From assembly GCA_002269645.1 (NCBI GenBank), contig NIVC01003042.1:1-50981 (forward strand): 50,981 nucleotides of DNA. Reading direction: 5' to 3'. Positions 23,701 through 34,894 of this stretch are shown one piece after another. How positions within the stretch are numbered: position 1 is the first letter of the stretch; the number at the start of each line of letters is the position of its first letter. The notes under the pieces are model-generated. The model was not told the DNA's origin. It did not search any database and saw only the letters and a list, made by a program, of their open reading frames with translations. The DNA is from Macrostomum lignano (Eukaryota). A program made the position numbers and the translations under genes.

Positions 23701-26700
23701 AGATCTGGTGTCTATATCAATATCAGATTGCAGTAGATCTGGTGTCTAGATCAATATACAGATTGCAGTAGATCTGGTGTCTAGATCAATATACAGATTG
23801 CAGTAGATCTGGTGTCTAGATGTATTTAAAGATTTCAGTAGATCTAGTGATCTAGATCTGGTGTCTAATCAATATACAGATTGCAGTAGATCTGGTGTCT
23901 AGATGTATACAGATTTCAGTAGATCTAGGATTGCAGTAGATCTGGTGTCTAGATCAATATACAGATTGCAGTAGATCTGGTGTCTAGATCAATATACAGA
24001 TTGCAGTAGATCTGGTGTCTAGATCAATATACAGATTGCAGTAGATCTGGTGTCTAGATCAATATACAGATTGCAGTAGATCTGGTGTCTAGATGTATTT
24101 AAAGATTTCAGTAGATCTAGTGTCTAGATCAATATACAGATTGCAGTAGATCTGGTGTCTAGATGTATACAGATTGCAGTAGATTGTGTCTAGATCAATA
24201 TACAGATTGCAGTAGATCTGGTGTCTAGATCATATACAGATTGCAGTAGATCTGTGTCTAGATCAATATACAGATTGCAGTAGATCTGGTGTCTAGATCA
24301 ATATACAGATTGCAGTAGATCTGGTGTCTAGATGTATTTAAAGATTTCAGTAGATCTGGTGTCTAGATCAATATACAGATTTCAGTAGATCTGGTGTCTA
24401 GATGTATACAGATTTCAGTAGATCTGTGTCTAGATACAGATTTCAGTAGATCTGGTGTCTAGATCAATATACAGATTGCAGTAGATCTGTGTCTAGATCT
24501 ATTACAGATTGCAGTAGATTGTGTCTAGATCAATATACAGATTGCAGTAGATCTGGTGTCTAGATCAATATACAGATTGCAGTAGATCTGGTGTCTAGAT
24601 CAATATACAGATTGCAGTAGATCTGGTGTCTAGATTGCAGTAGATCTGGTGTCTAGATCAATATACAGATTGCAGTAGATCTGGTGTCTAGATCAATATA
24701 CAGATTGCAGTAGATCTGGTGTCTAGATGTATTTAAAGATTTCAGTAGATCTGGTGTCTAGATCAATATACAGATTGCAGTAGATCTGGTGTCTAGATGT
24801 ATTTAAAGATTTCAGTAGATCTGGTGTCTAGATGTATTTAAAGATTTCAGTAGATCTGGTGTCTAGATCTATATACAGATTGCAGTAGATCTGGTGTCTA
24901 GATGTATTTAAAGATTTCAGTAGATCTGGTGTCTAGATCAATATACAGATTGCAGTAGATCTGGTGTCTAGATGTATTTAAAGATTTCAGTAGATCTGGT
25001 GTCTAGATCTATATACAGATTTCTAGATCAATACGATTCCATGAAAGAGTGGACAGATAGACCCTCAATAATTGCACTTGTTTCTTCTCAGCCGATCGTG
25101 TTCAATGCGCTAAAGCTGCTACTGTCAGTAGCGAAAAACGAGCACGTGCTCAGCCTAGTTGAACCAAGCCTGCCAGCCCTACTAGACGGCTGCCGGCTGG
25201 CCCAGCTTCGTAACGGCCTGCCGTCGGAGACCGGGCACGCCTGCAGCGGCTACAGTCAGGTGCAATTCGACAGCGACGATGACTACGCGCTGTTCTTTGC
25301 CACTCTGCGCTCCGAGGCCTGTCTGGCGCTTCAGGCTATTACTCAGGTGAGACTGCTTCGGACACTGCCTGATTGGGTGGAGCTAATGCCTCAAGATTGG
25401 GTTGAGCTAATGCCTCAAGATTGGGTTGAGCTAATGCCTCAAGATTGGGTTGAGCTAATGCCTCAAGATTGGGTTGAGCTAATGCCTCAAGATTGGGTTG
25501 AGCTAATGCCTCAAGATTGGGTTGAGCGATTGACCCAAGATTGGGTGGAGCTACTGGCCCAAGATTGGGTTGAGCTAATGCCTCAAGATTGGGTTGAGCG
25601 ATTGACCCAAGATTGGGTGGAGCTACTGGCCCAAGATTGGGTTGAGCTAATGCCTCAAGATTGGGTTGAGCTAATGCCTCAAGATTGGGTTGAGCTAATG
25701 CCTCAAGATTGGGTTGAGCGATTGACCCAAGATTGGGTGGAGCTACTGGCCCAAGATTGGGTGGAGCTAATGAGTTAAGATTAAGTGGAGCTAATGACCC
25801 AAGATTGGGTGGAGCTAATGAGTTAAGATTAAGTGGAGCTAATGACCCAAGATTGGGTGGAGCTAATGACCCAAGATTGGGTGGAGCTAATGACCCAAGA
25901 TTGGGTGGAGCTAATGACCAGGTACCTATTTGATAATCTTGGCTACAATCTATCATCTATCATAATGTGAACGCCATCACTTCAAAATAATGCATCAGGC
26001 CTGGCCAGTAGCCGTGGCCACCCACCTGCTTGAGACGCTGTCCAAGGACACGGCCGCCTTATCCAATCAGGATCCGGCTGCTCCTCTAGCCGCTCGCAGT
26101 CCTATTGTAGTGCATTGGGACGGCCTAGCCAATCACTGCGAAGCGGTTCTGGCTCGCCTACCGACTTGTCTAGACTCTGGCGGAGTCGATCCCGCGTCCT
26201 CCGATCGTGTGCGCGACGGAGCAAAAGCGGCCACGGATGCTCTGTTGAATGCGGCGCCTGTCTGTCAGCCGCAGTTGCGCACCTGCCTGCTGACTGCGCT
26301 AACCGCATTCCTGCCATTTCTAGCCTCGGATAGGGGACTCACTCTGCGGGCGGTTCAGTGCGTGTTCAACACTCTGCGGGACACGCCGGGTGAGTGACGC
26401 TGCTGTTGGAGCCGGTTGGTTCCGGCCCATTCATCCTTGCTTGAACTGTGGATTTAGTAGATTTGGCCTTTTTCTACTGTTGAAAGGGCTGAGGGGTTGG
26501 GAATCCACTGAGGGCTTGGGAATCCACTGAGGGGTTTGGAATCCACTGAGGGGTTGGGAATCCACTGAGGGGTTGGGAATCCACTGAGGGGTTGGGAATC
26601 CACTGAGGGGTTGGGAATCCACTGAGGGCTTGGGAATCGACTAAGGGGTTGGGAATCCACTGATTGGTTGGGAATCCACTGATTGGTTGGGAATCCACTG

Positions 26701-29700
26701 AGGGCTTGGGAATCGACTAAGGGGTTGGGAATCTACTGATTGGTTGGGAATCCACTGATTGGTTGGGAATCCACTGAGGGGTTGGGAATCCACTGAGGGC
26801 TTGGGAATCCACTGAGGGGTTTGGAATCCACTGAGGGGTTGGGAATCCACTGATTGGTTGGGAATCCACTGATTGGTTGGGAATCCACTGAGGGGTTGGG
26901 AATCCACTGAGGGCTTGGGAATCCACTGAGGGGTTTGGAATCCACTGAGGGGTTGGGAATCCACTGAGGGGTTTGGAATCCACTTGAGGGGTTGGGAATC
27001 CACTGGTTGGGAATCCACTGATTGGTTGGGAATCCACTGATGGGTTTGGGAATCCACTGATGGGTTTGGGAATCCACTCAAGGGATGGGAATGCACTGAT
27101 GGGGTTGTGAATCCACTGAGGAGGTTGGGAATCCACTGATGGGGTTGGGAATCCACTGAGGGGGTTTTTGGAATCCACTGAGAGTTGGGAATCTGCTAAA
27201 GCTACACAATCTTATTAACAAAATAACAAGTAGCATTTTTACTTGACAGGCTCTAGAAATCGTGCCCAACGCGAGATGCGAAAGCACGCGGTTGTCTGCT
27301 TGCTGCGCCTCTGCAAGACCTGGCCAGACGGTGTGCTGCCGCTGCTCAACGAGTACTGCACTGAAGTCACTCAGCTGTGCCAGTTGGACCAGCTCAGTGT
27401 TTTCGAGAGCGCTTCGCTTATTGAGTCTGTTGTACTGCTCAGGTTGGTTAATTAGTTGACTCTGTTAACCTGGTTAATTCCTAGATCCCCAAAAATTTTC
27501 CCAATTTCGACCCATAAATTCATCAAACAATTCCCAGATCCCCAACTTTGATCGACCAATTCTCAGATAAACTTCCATACCCTCGAATAATCATATATAT
27601 AAATTCCTAATTAATCTTCAGAACCCTAGTTAAAATTCTTGATTGATATTATATAATTTAGTGTTCATTTTCTTTTTTCTTACTAACAGTAAACTATAAG
27701 ATTTTGTGACCAATTTTTGTTAACTCCAGCAATCATTTGCCCGAGTTAAGCAGCCGGCGTGCAACCATCGAAGGAATTATGTTGACCACAATGGAGCAGT
27801 GGCTCGCTCCGGACCTCACCGGGGCGCTGTCCGATCCCGCGCGATTCCTCCGCGCCATCGGCCTTGACAGGCCGACCGTCGATTCTGTAGCCAATTTTCA
27901 GGCTGGTCGAATTCAGCTTCATCAGTGCTTGATGACCATCTACAATGCCGTACGAAGCTGCTCCGCACCAACGGATGGACATGCGTCGCCTGTTGCCGAG
28001 CTGGCTGGCCGAGCCTGGCCAAATCTGTTGCGCTTCGCTCACTGCCTGCATTGCCTGCACACGCCAGCAATGCGGGCTCTGTTTCACCCGGATTATAGTC
28101 GCGTTTTCGATTTGGACAACTGTCAAAAGTGCCAAATAATGGGTATACCGTATTCGCGTAAACGGGCGGAGGATGGCGAAGCCGAATCGGCTGGCAAGAC
28201 GCCAATTCAAAAGATGCACACGTTTCTAACCGAGGCTCATAGCACTGTGTAAGTTTTAATGTTTTACTCTTTCTATACAGTATAAAAATGGGAATCGCAG
28301 CCCAAATATGCAGCGGCTCAGTGGTCTAGGGGTATGATACTCGCTTAGGGTGCGAGTGGTCCCGGGTTCAAATCCCGGCTGAGCCCGAATTTTTTAGCAA
28401 TTTTTCTAATATTTTTTCCTGTCGCATTGTTGCAAATTAAAACTCCTAAAATATTGCAATGGCTATTAAAAACTGAATTTTTATTTTTCCTTACCTTTTC
28501 CTTTTCTTTTTCTCCATAGTTTTCCTTACTTTGTTTATATTAATGCGTTTGCCTTAATTAATATTTTTCACAGCTACTATAAGTAGACACAATGCGTTTT
28601 CCTAGAAAATTGCATTTTTAAACCTATTATCAATAAATTAATCTGATTTCAAAAGGCAGGTAAATTTTATATGCTGAGACGGGAATTGTAATTTGAATCT
28701 AGTTTTCTCTTTACGTACGGAAGCAATTCAGTTGTATGTAAGTTTTGCTATCCGATATGTATCGAAAAGATGGTTTGCAAGGCATTGTTTTCGACAGAAT
28801 TTTATTATAAACTATCTCCTAAGAGTATAATTTTTCCTTGCTTACAAATAGAAAATTTTAAAACTTGTTGCAAACAGTTAGATTATGGTGTTTATTAATT
28901 CATTCAAAACCTTTTATTTCCATACATATATTTCCACAGGCTTCGAGCAATCGCTCATACTTACAAATCGGTGCCTGACATTGTTGACGATTGGCAGCTA
29001 GCTGAGCACCTGGCATCCGAATCGGATCTACCGCATTTGCCGGATCTTTTACTAACTGATGTCATTCGCAGTCTGTCAAGCGTGGCAGTTCGTGACCGGC
29101 CAGCCGTCACAGGCGAACTGGCTGGCCACTTCTGCCGACGTTTGCTCGACCACACCCTGGCCCGGCTCAACGAGCGCTGGACGGCGTTTGCGGCCAATAG
29201 CAACGACAACGACAACATTTGCGGCGACGCCGACGGCGAGGGCGACGGAGATGGCGACGCCGACCTTTCTGACGAGGTTATATCCGAGCAGTGCCTCCGT
29301 CGGCTTAGCCGAGCTTTCCTAGACCTGCTGCACTGCTTGCTGCTGTGCGGCCGCACAGGCGGAGGCGGCCTTAACCAGGGCACAGCTGCGAGTGCGATGG
29401 ATTCCAGTTCAACATTGCCGGTGCCGCTGGTGGAGCGGGAGCCGCAGCTGGCTGCCGGAGTCCTCACCTGCCTGTACGAGGCCATCGCCTGGCCCGATGG
29501 TCCCGCCAGTCAGCGGGCGGCCGTCTGGGCCGGGCCGGTCACTCGCCAACTGGCCGGTCAGCTGGCCGCCGACTCGGGCGCTCCTCGTCGCCTACTAATG
29601 CAGGTACTGCGAGCGCTTCATCAGCACGGCGCCTCGGGCGAAGCTGCCGTAGCCTGCCTAGTGCAGCTGTTCCTGTGCCTGTACGACTGCTTCCACAGAG

Positions 29701-30700
29701 CCGATGCCTTCCGCACCGGCCTGGCCGAGTGGACCCGGCAGCCGGCCGCTAAACTGGAAGAATTAGACAGCCGGCTGGGACTGCGTCCGGGTAGTCGGCC
29801 AGTGGCCGAGAAAACTAAACGCGACGTTGCCCGGCGCTTTCTGGAATCCGTTATTGGGGTGAGGTTCACTTTATTCGCCACAAATCACAACAAGTTGCTT
29901 GTTCGGAAAAGGGCCGTTTTTCTTTAACCATAAGTCTTTAACTATATATTAATTTACGTTAATCAATATATTTAAGATTATATTGGTTCGAGCATGATCA
30001 CGACAAGTCACAACTAATGACTGTGGGGTATGGGGAGTGTGGGGTATTGGGTGTGGGGTATGGGTAATGTTGGGTATGGGGAGTGTAGGGTCCTAGGGTC
30101 CTCGGGATTTACCAACCCGATTTTGATCATATAAACCCCCTGCAGACTAGCAGTCCTTTCTACTGAGTATTTCTTTCGTCTTTGCCCTTATCGTGTGGGG
30201 ATGCGTGGCTATTCTTACCAATCTAGTTGGTATATCTAGTTTTGAAGTTGTCTAACCTTTGTTAATGCTTTCCGACCAAGTCTACGAGTCTCTGATCTTT
30301 GATTTTTGTCAACTTCTGTGCATAGGCTACATGTAGTGAGCGCAGATCTCTGCCGAGTCTGTTGGTTTTGACCATTTAGGCAACTAGCTTGGAACTAATG
30401 AAGGCCCAGATTTCTTGTTACAATGTACTACGAGTATTATTGTTCAGTGCAGTTTCAAATAACTTACTTAGCAATTTCTGTTTCATGAGAAGTTCTTTCG
30501 TATTCACAGTGCCGAATTCACTACTCGAACCATTGCAGAAGCCGCTCAGTGAGCAGTTCAAGCTGGCGCAGAACTATAAAAACTTGCCGCCTCTGTTTAA
30601 AGCTGCCTGGCGACGAAAGCGCACTGAGGACGCCAACGGGCGGGAGAATTTAGACGGGATTGTTTCACTGTTTGCCAGCGTCGAAAATGCCGCTTCGTAA
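17726..30700 (+). CDS. XPO5: Exportin-5, 13 coding exons, 1162 aa: 17726-17812, 20096-20395, 20771-20953, 21593-21808, 21898-21977, 22401-22515, 22592-22660, 25092-25346, 25999-26389, 27250-27442, 27730-28248, 28940-29858, 30539-30700
   Basis: All introns are GT-AG with matching phases; exons sum to 3489 nt with no frameshift. Recalled XPO5 motifs appear in order: VIVELVKREWPQHWP, FLRLSEDV, QRLCQIVCCIG, FDSDDDYALFF, MRKHAVVCLLRLC, RLNERW..EQCLRRLSRAFLDLL, VIG|KPLSEQFK..KNLPPLFK. Confidence 0.93.
20436..20723 (-). mobile_element. tRNA-derived SINE-like copy in XPO5 intron 2, with A-rich tail
   Basis: Its reverse complement aligns by eye to 44595-44775 over ~170 nt (shared AATTGGAATCTCGGCTT, GAGCCRACCCCCAA, GTGTACATGCC, GCTGTACAC). 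Degenerate B box GACTCGATTCT; ends in AATAAAAAAAA. Confidence 0.7.
20975..21362. repeat. (CTCCT)n pyrimidine-rich tract inside a possible hAT-type MITE relic, XPO5 intron 3
   Basis: Low-complexity run at 21060-21300. The right end TGGCCC..AAAAAGTTTGCCGACCCATG resembles recalled hAT MITE termini (CAGGGGTCGGCAAACT). The left end is degenerate. Confidence 0.45.
22025..22330. repeat. 34-bp minisatellite (CCTCAGTGGGTCACTGTCAGCCCTCACTCTGTTG), XPO5 intron 5
   Basis: Period 34 (22220 to 22254), about 9 copies. Confidence 0.93.
22685..25025. repeat. 35-bp satellite (GTAGATCTGGTGTCTAGATCAATATACAGATTGCA), ~65 copies, XPO5 intron 7
   Basis: Directly visible; fills nearly the whole 2.4-kb intron. Confidence 0.98.
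25368..25920. repeat. 24-bp minisatellite (GATTGGGTTGAGCTAATGCCTCAA), ~23 copies, XPO5 intron 8
   Basis: Starts about 20 nt after the donor at 25347. Confidence 0.97.
26480..27195. repeat. 21-bp G-rich minisatellite (GGGGTTGGGAATCCACTGAGG variants), ~33 copies, XPO5 intron 9
   Basis: Directly visible. Confidence 0.96.
28281..28288 (+). promoter_or_regulatory. TATA element upstream of the tRNA-Pro gene
   Basis: TATAAAAA at -34 to -27 relative to the mature tRNA start. Confidence 0.5.
28315..28386 (+). tRNA. tRNA-Pro(AGG): tRNA-Pro (anticodon AGG), intronless, in XPO5 intron 11
   Basis: 72-nt cloverleaf: acceptor stem GGCTCAG/CTGAGCC, anticodon arm CTCGC-TTAGGGT-GCGAG (AGG at 28347-28349), T arm CCGGG-TTCAAAT-CCCGG. 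A and B boxes intact. Confidence 0.97.
28390..28395 (+). terminator. RNA polymerase III T6 terminator of tRNA-Pro
   Basis: TTTTTT begins 4 nt after the tRNA 3' end. Confidence 0.85.
30020..30095. repeat. Short GGGGTAT/GGGGAGT-rich repeat, reverse complement of the CCCCATA family at 37040-37800 and 38345-38700
   Basis: GTGGGGTATGGGGAGTGTGGGGTAT mirrors ATACCCCACACTCCCCATA. Confidence 0.7.
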
Positions 30701-33399
30701 TGGCGTTGGCGACTGTCTGATGACTAACAAATTTGCCCGTATTGTCATTTATGTTTTCTGTAGCATTTAGTGCATGCTATACTTTGTTGCTATGCGATTT
30801 AATTTAATTTTGAATTGATCGAAGGTGCGAAACAGTGTTGTATGATGCATCTTATCTATGCTAGTGCTGATTTAAAATTATGAAACTATGATTTAATAAT
30901 GGGTCCGTTATGTAAGACTGTCTTAAAGTGGTTTCTACTTCTAATCTATTGTAAACCGCTGTTTGTCTTTACTGTTGTGTACGTACTTTTTGATTAATTT
31001 ATTAACCAGTTCCGCATTGTCCGGCGTTTGAAAAAAGTTATTGTATTTAATTTAATGCCGTCTCGTTTCACATATTTTTGTGTTGTACACCAAAATGGAA
31101 ATTGGCCCTTGCATTTTGCAAGTCAATTTTTTAAATACCCTGTGTTGCCGCTGTTGCACTGTGATTATTTATCTGAATGTGCAAAATATAATGCCACGAT
31201 TCTGTTCGTATACCCCGGACATCCTTTTATGTCCATTCTTCAGCAAAAATGAACTCAATCGTATTGAGGATTTATGCTTTTTGAATGATTTCCATGGTAA
31301 AAAATTAAATCTGTCTAGGGTTTCGATAGTGAGCAATGTATTTGCCACCAGCGCAAGAGTAAAACAAAGTGTAGCACCTCGGATTACGGTAGAAATACGA
31401 GTGGAGTTAGCCACAGGCACAGTGTGTGCTAGCACAGTTACGAAACTGTACGAACTCATCGGATGCGCTGTGATATTTTCGTCGCCTGCAATACGCCCAA
31501 CTCCCCGTCCTTGAGTCGGGATGTCACGCTTATGCGTGGTCATAATACAGTAAAAAGCTTTATGCTGGAAACATTTTCTATAAAAGCTCAGAAAATTATT
31601 AGATTTTTACCTGCACTAACGTAGTATTTCTCCCTTTGTGGAGGCCGAAGGCCTGTTCAAGCGTTAGCGAATTATTTCAGATAAATTACATTCGGAAAAT
31701 TTCGTTTTTTAAAGGTATTTCTTTCTGGTTATAACAAATTCAACAAGTAAAAGAGCTTAAGTTTAATTTTAAAGTGCGATATTTTCTGTCCGACAAAGTA
31801 GAAGGAGTTTTTTTAAAAACACTAATTTTTCTTAATATAACATTAATTCTTTCCTAATATACCAGTTTTTGCATCATTACAAATTCATTCAATTATTAGA
31901 AATTACTTCCCTATTGCGGGGCATTCAGTCAAGAAGCAGCATTATAATGATAATAAATCATTATAATTTATTTTTAATTTTATATTCAATTGCCTATTTG
32001 TCTTTGGTTTCACTTTTGGTTCAAGTAAATTGAAGTAATCCTAGCCTCTTCTCATGCTGTGCCTGTAAATGCTACATGAAGCAAGATGATCTTAATTCAT
32101 GTCAATTAAGTTCAGTAATCAACTTAGTTCAATGAAATAGTTCAATGAATGTAAATATTTTAGTTGATATTGATATTAATAATCGTAAATGAAATATGAT
32201 TTATATTTAATGTCTATCAAATGTTGAAAGTATTTTTTTAATCAAGACTGAGTATACTACCAACCAACTAGAATAAATAGGCCTATTTGAGGCTCGATAA
32301 AATAGTTAAAATAACACATTTAGGCAATCTTGCAGTTTGTTTCGGGTAATTATTTTTAGGTTTCAATTCATACAAATGACAGCTTCTGTGTCATCTTTAA
32401 TAGTCTAGTCTATGACTGTAGCTAAACTTTCAAGTTTTTTAGTTAATCTTAATAGAGTTTATTACTTTTCGCCATAGACTATCAAAAATAACACAGAAGT
32501 CATCTTTTGTACAAATTCAAGCTTTAAAAAATATTAACAAAAATTGCAAGATTGACCATATTTTTTTTGCATTTTTAATGATATAAACTGCAATGATCAT
32601 TTAATATATTATAAAACATTGGCACAATAGTGCTATTTCAGAAGAGTGCAAAAATTCACTATTTTTGGAATTTTTAGGGATGATGCTAATTTTTTATGTG
32701 ATAAATCTATGAGAAATAAGCTTTTTGACACCAAATATAAAAAAATGCTAATTAGGTTCATTAATAATTAATAAAGGACCTTTTTACTTAACTCATACAA
32801 TCAGTGCCCAAAATTTAGTAATTTTAACAACTCAAAACATGCCAGGTAATAAACTCTTAGGCTATAAAATCTTAGGCTTATATGACAAAATTATGAATTT
32901 TTTACATTATACTAAAATTAGGCTAAACAATTTATTTTACAATTTAAGTATTAGTTATATTGCAAACATTTTTTCAAGCACAATAATCAAATTAGGCATT
33001 ATAGGTACAGTTGCTAATAAATATTAGAAATTGGTTAGTAAGATTAAATTTTTAGACATAATTAAAATAAGATATTTTAATTTGTAAATTAATTTATTGT
33101 AAATATTTATTAAGAAATATATAAAAAGTACTAATTTAACCATATCACAAAAGGTTGTTTTACTAAATATGCAATAAGAGAAGGAAGGGCATAAAAAGCA
33201 GGAATTAAAAATTAGTAGGCCTCCTATAGATAGCCTACATTGGTGTAGGTATAGATGGCAATAATTATGTTAGTGTTTCTAGCCTGAATAGCTGCCTAGA
33301 GTCAACAAAAGATGCAAACATGGATCCTTCATTCCCCAGAATAAGCCTGGATATAGTCTGAAGAGTGACATTTACTTCTAGGGTACAGGGGCCAAAGGT

Positions 33400-34370
33400 G
33401 CCTAATAGTTTCTATATTGACCAGGTAGAAGTTGTGGTGATTGCCCAAATCTATGTATTTGGCTGATTTGCAAGCCTTGGCCAAGGTGGCAGCTATGGAA
33501 GATAGGAAGGCTGGCAGGGCTAAGTCTAAGGGTGCACAGATTACAATGCCTCCCAGACCTAGTGGTAGAACAATCTATAGCCAAGCTCAAGGATCAAGAT
33601 GGACATTCAGGGCCCATTCTTGTGTTAAGCAGGGCCTCATTGTAGTCTATAAGGGCTACTGGGTCCCTGAAAAAGTGCTTACATGCAGCTTGTACCCAGC
33701 GTGCAGGTGGCCTAGCCAGACCTGCAGGAAAGGCTAGGAAATCATGCCAGTCAATGCAGTAGAGCCACTCAGTCATAGTGCATAGACTATTTGTATGTTT
33801 AGCTAATATAGAGGTGACAGCTAAGGAGCTAATAGTGGCATCAAGGAAAGTAGCACATCTGTGCAAATGGATAGCACAAAGCAGGCATTGTTGGACATGG
33901 ACTTATATTTTGTCTTGTTTAAGTGAAGCTTAATGGCTGCCATGGTGTCCTTGGTATGCTGAGCCTCAGCTACAACTTGGTCTGTGGGGCCACCGATTGT
34001 GCCATTGTCCAGATACCAAATAGCCAGGTGGGCAGTCCCAGAGTGTAAAATGTCACAAAGGGCAAACAGGAGTGGGCCTAGCCAGTGGGTCTCCCTGTTG
34101 TACTCCGCAGGTAGAGTTGAGTTTGTGCTCGCCAAACAGCAGGACAGATTTGCTGATGTCCTGCTGCAGCTCAATAAGATGCTTAAGCTGCAGCAGGTGG
34201 TTGGTGACAATGCCAATGAAAATGCTATTGAAAACAGAGTTAAAGGCATTGATGAAATCAAGATTTAGGAGGCCCCAGTTACTATCTGATGATTCTGCAT
34301 GGATGATAGCTTCTGCCCCTCCCTGGCATGCTAAAGCCAAGTTATGCAAGGGCTAGCACATTGATGGCCT
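33400..34370 (-). mobile_element. Decayed non-LTR retrotransposon reverse transcriptase fragment, CRE-like
   Basis: Minus-strand motifs in canonical order across frameshifts: LDFINAFNS (~34260-34236), GVQQGDP (34106-34086), GPLLFAL, WYLDNGTIGG (~34020-33990; YLDD-type active site mutated), LHLNKTK, LPLGLGGI..LALPAFLSS (~33570-33490). These recall CRE-clade RTs. Confidence 0.85.
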
Positions 34371-34894
34371 CAGACTAGACAGCAGTGCAGCACCAGGCTT
34401 TTTTATTTAATTTAACATTTAATCTAAAATGTTTATTATCTATTATATTAGAATAATATTTAGTATATTTAGATTATATAAATATTTAAAATCTACTAAT
34501 TGTATGTACAAATAATTGTGTTAAAAATATACAAACAAAACTAAGCTAATGCATTGCTACAAGTATATAACTAAAGTAATTTATAATGAATGATTTTATT
34601 TTATTTTAACAATTCTTACTGGTTTGAGTTTGTACACTATTATGTAGATTATATAAAAGATTGCTAAGTTTTGAATTGAAATAAAAGCAAGTAGCGCGCA
34701 AATAGAATATATAGAAAATAAAATCGGAAGCTATGACCCAATGGGTATAGTAATTAAGAAGCAATTTTTTTAAGTCTATTGGACCCCTATTCTTTTCTTT
34801 TTGCATGGGCTACAATAAAGGCATATTTGATTTACTATAGGAAACAACTACCAAGAAAAAAGGTGCAAAGATCGAACTTTGCACAAAGTTTTAA

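Noticed and set aside
24972-25778. ORF with DWVELMPQ repeats
   Set aside because: Only 25092-25346 is XPO5 exon; the flanks are intronic satellites read through by chance.
31080-31543. Overlapping 124-144-aa ORFs
   Set aside because: No recognisable motifs; more likely promoter or transposon-end sequence.
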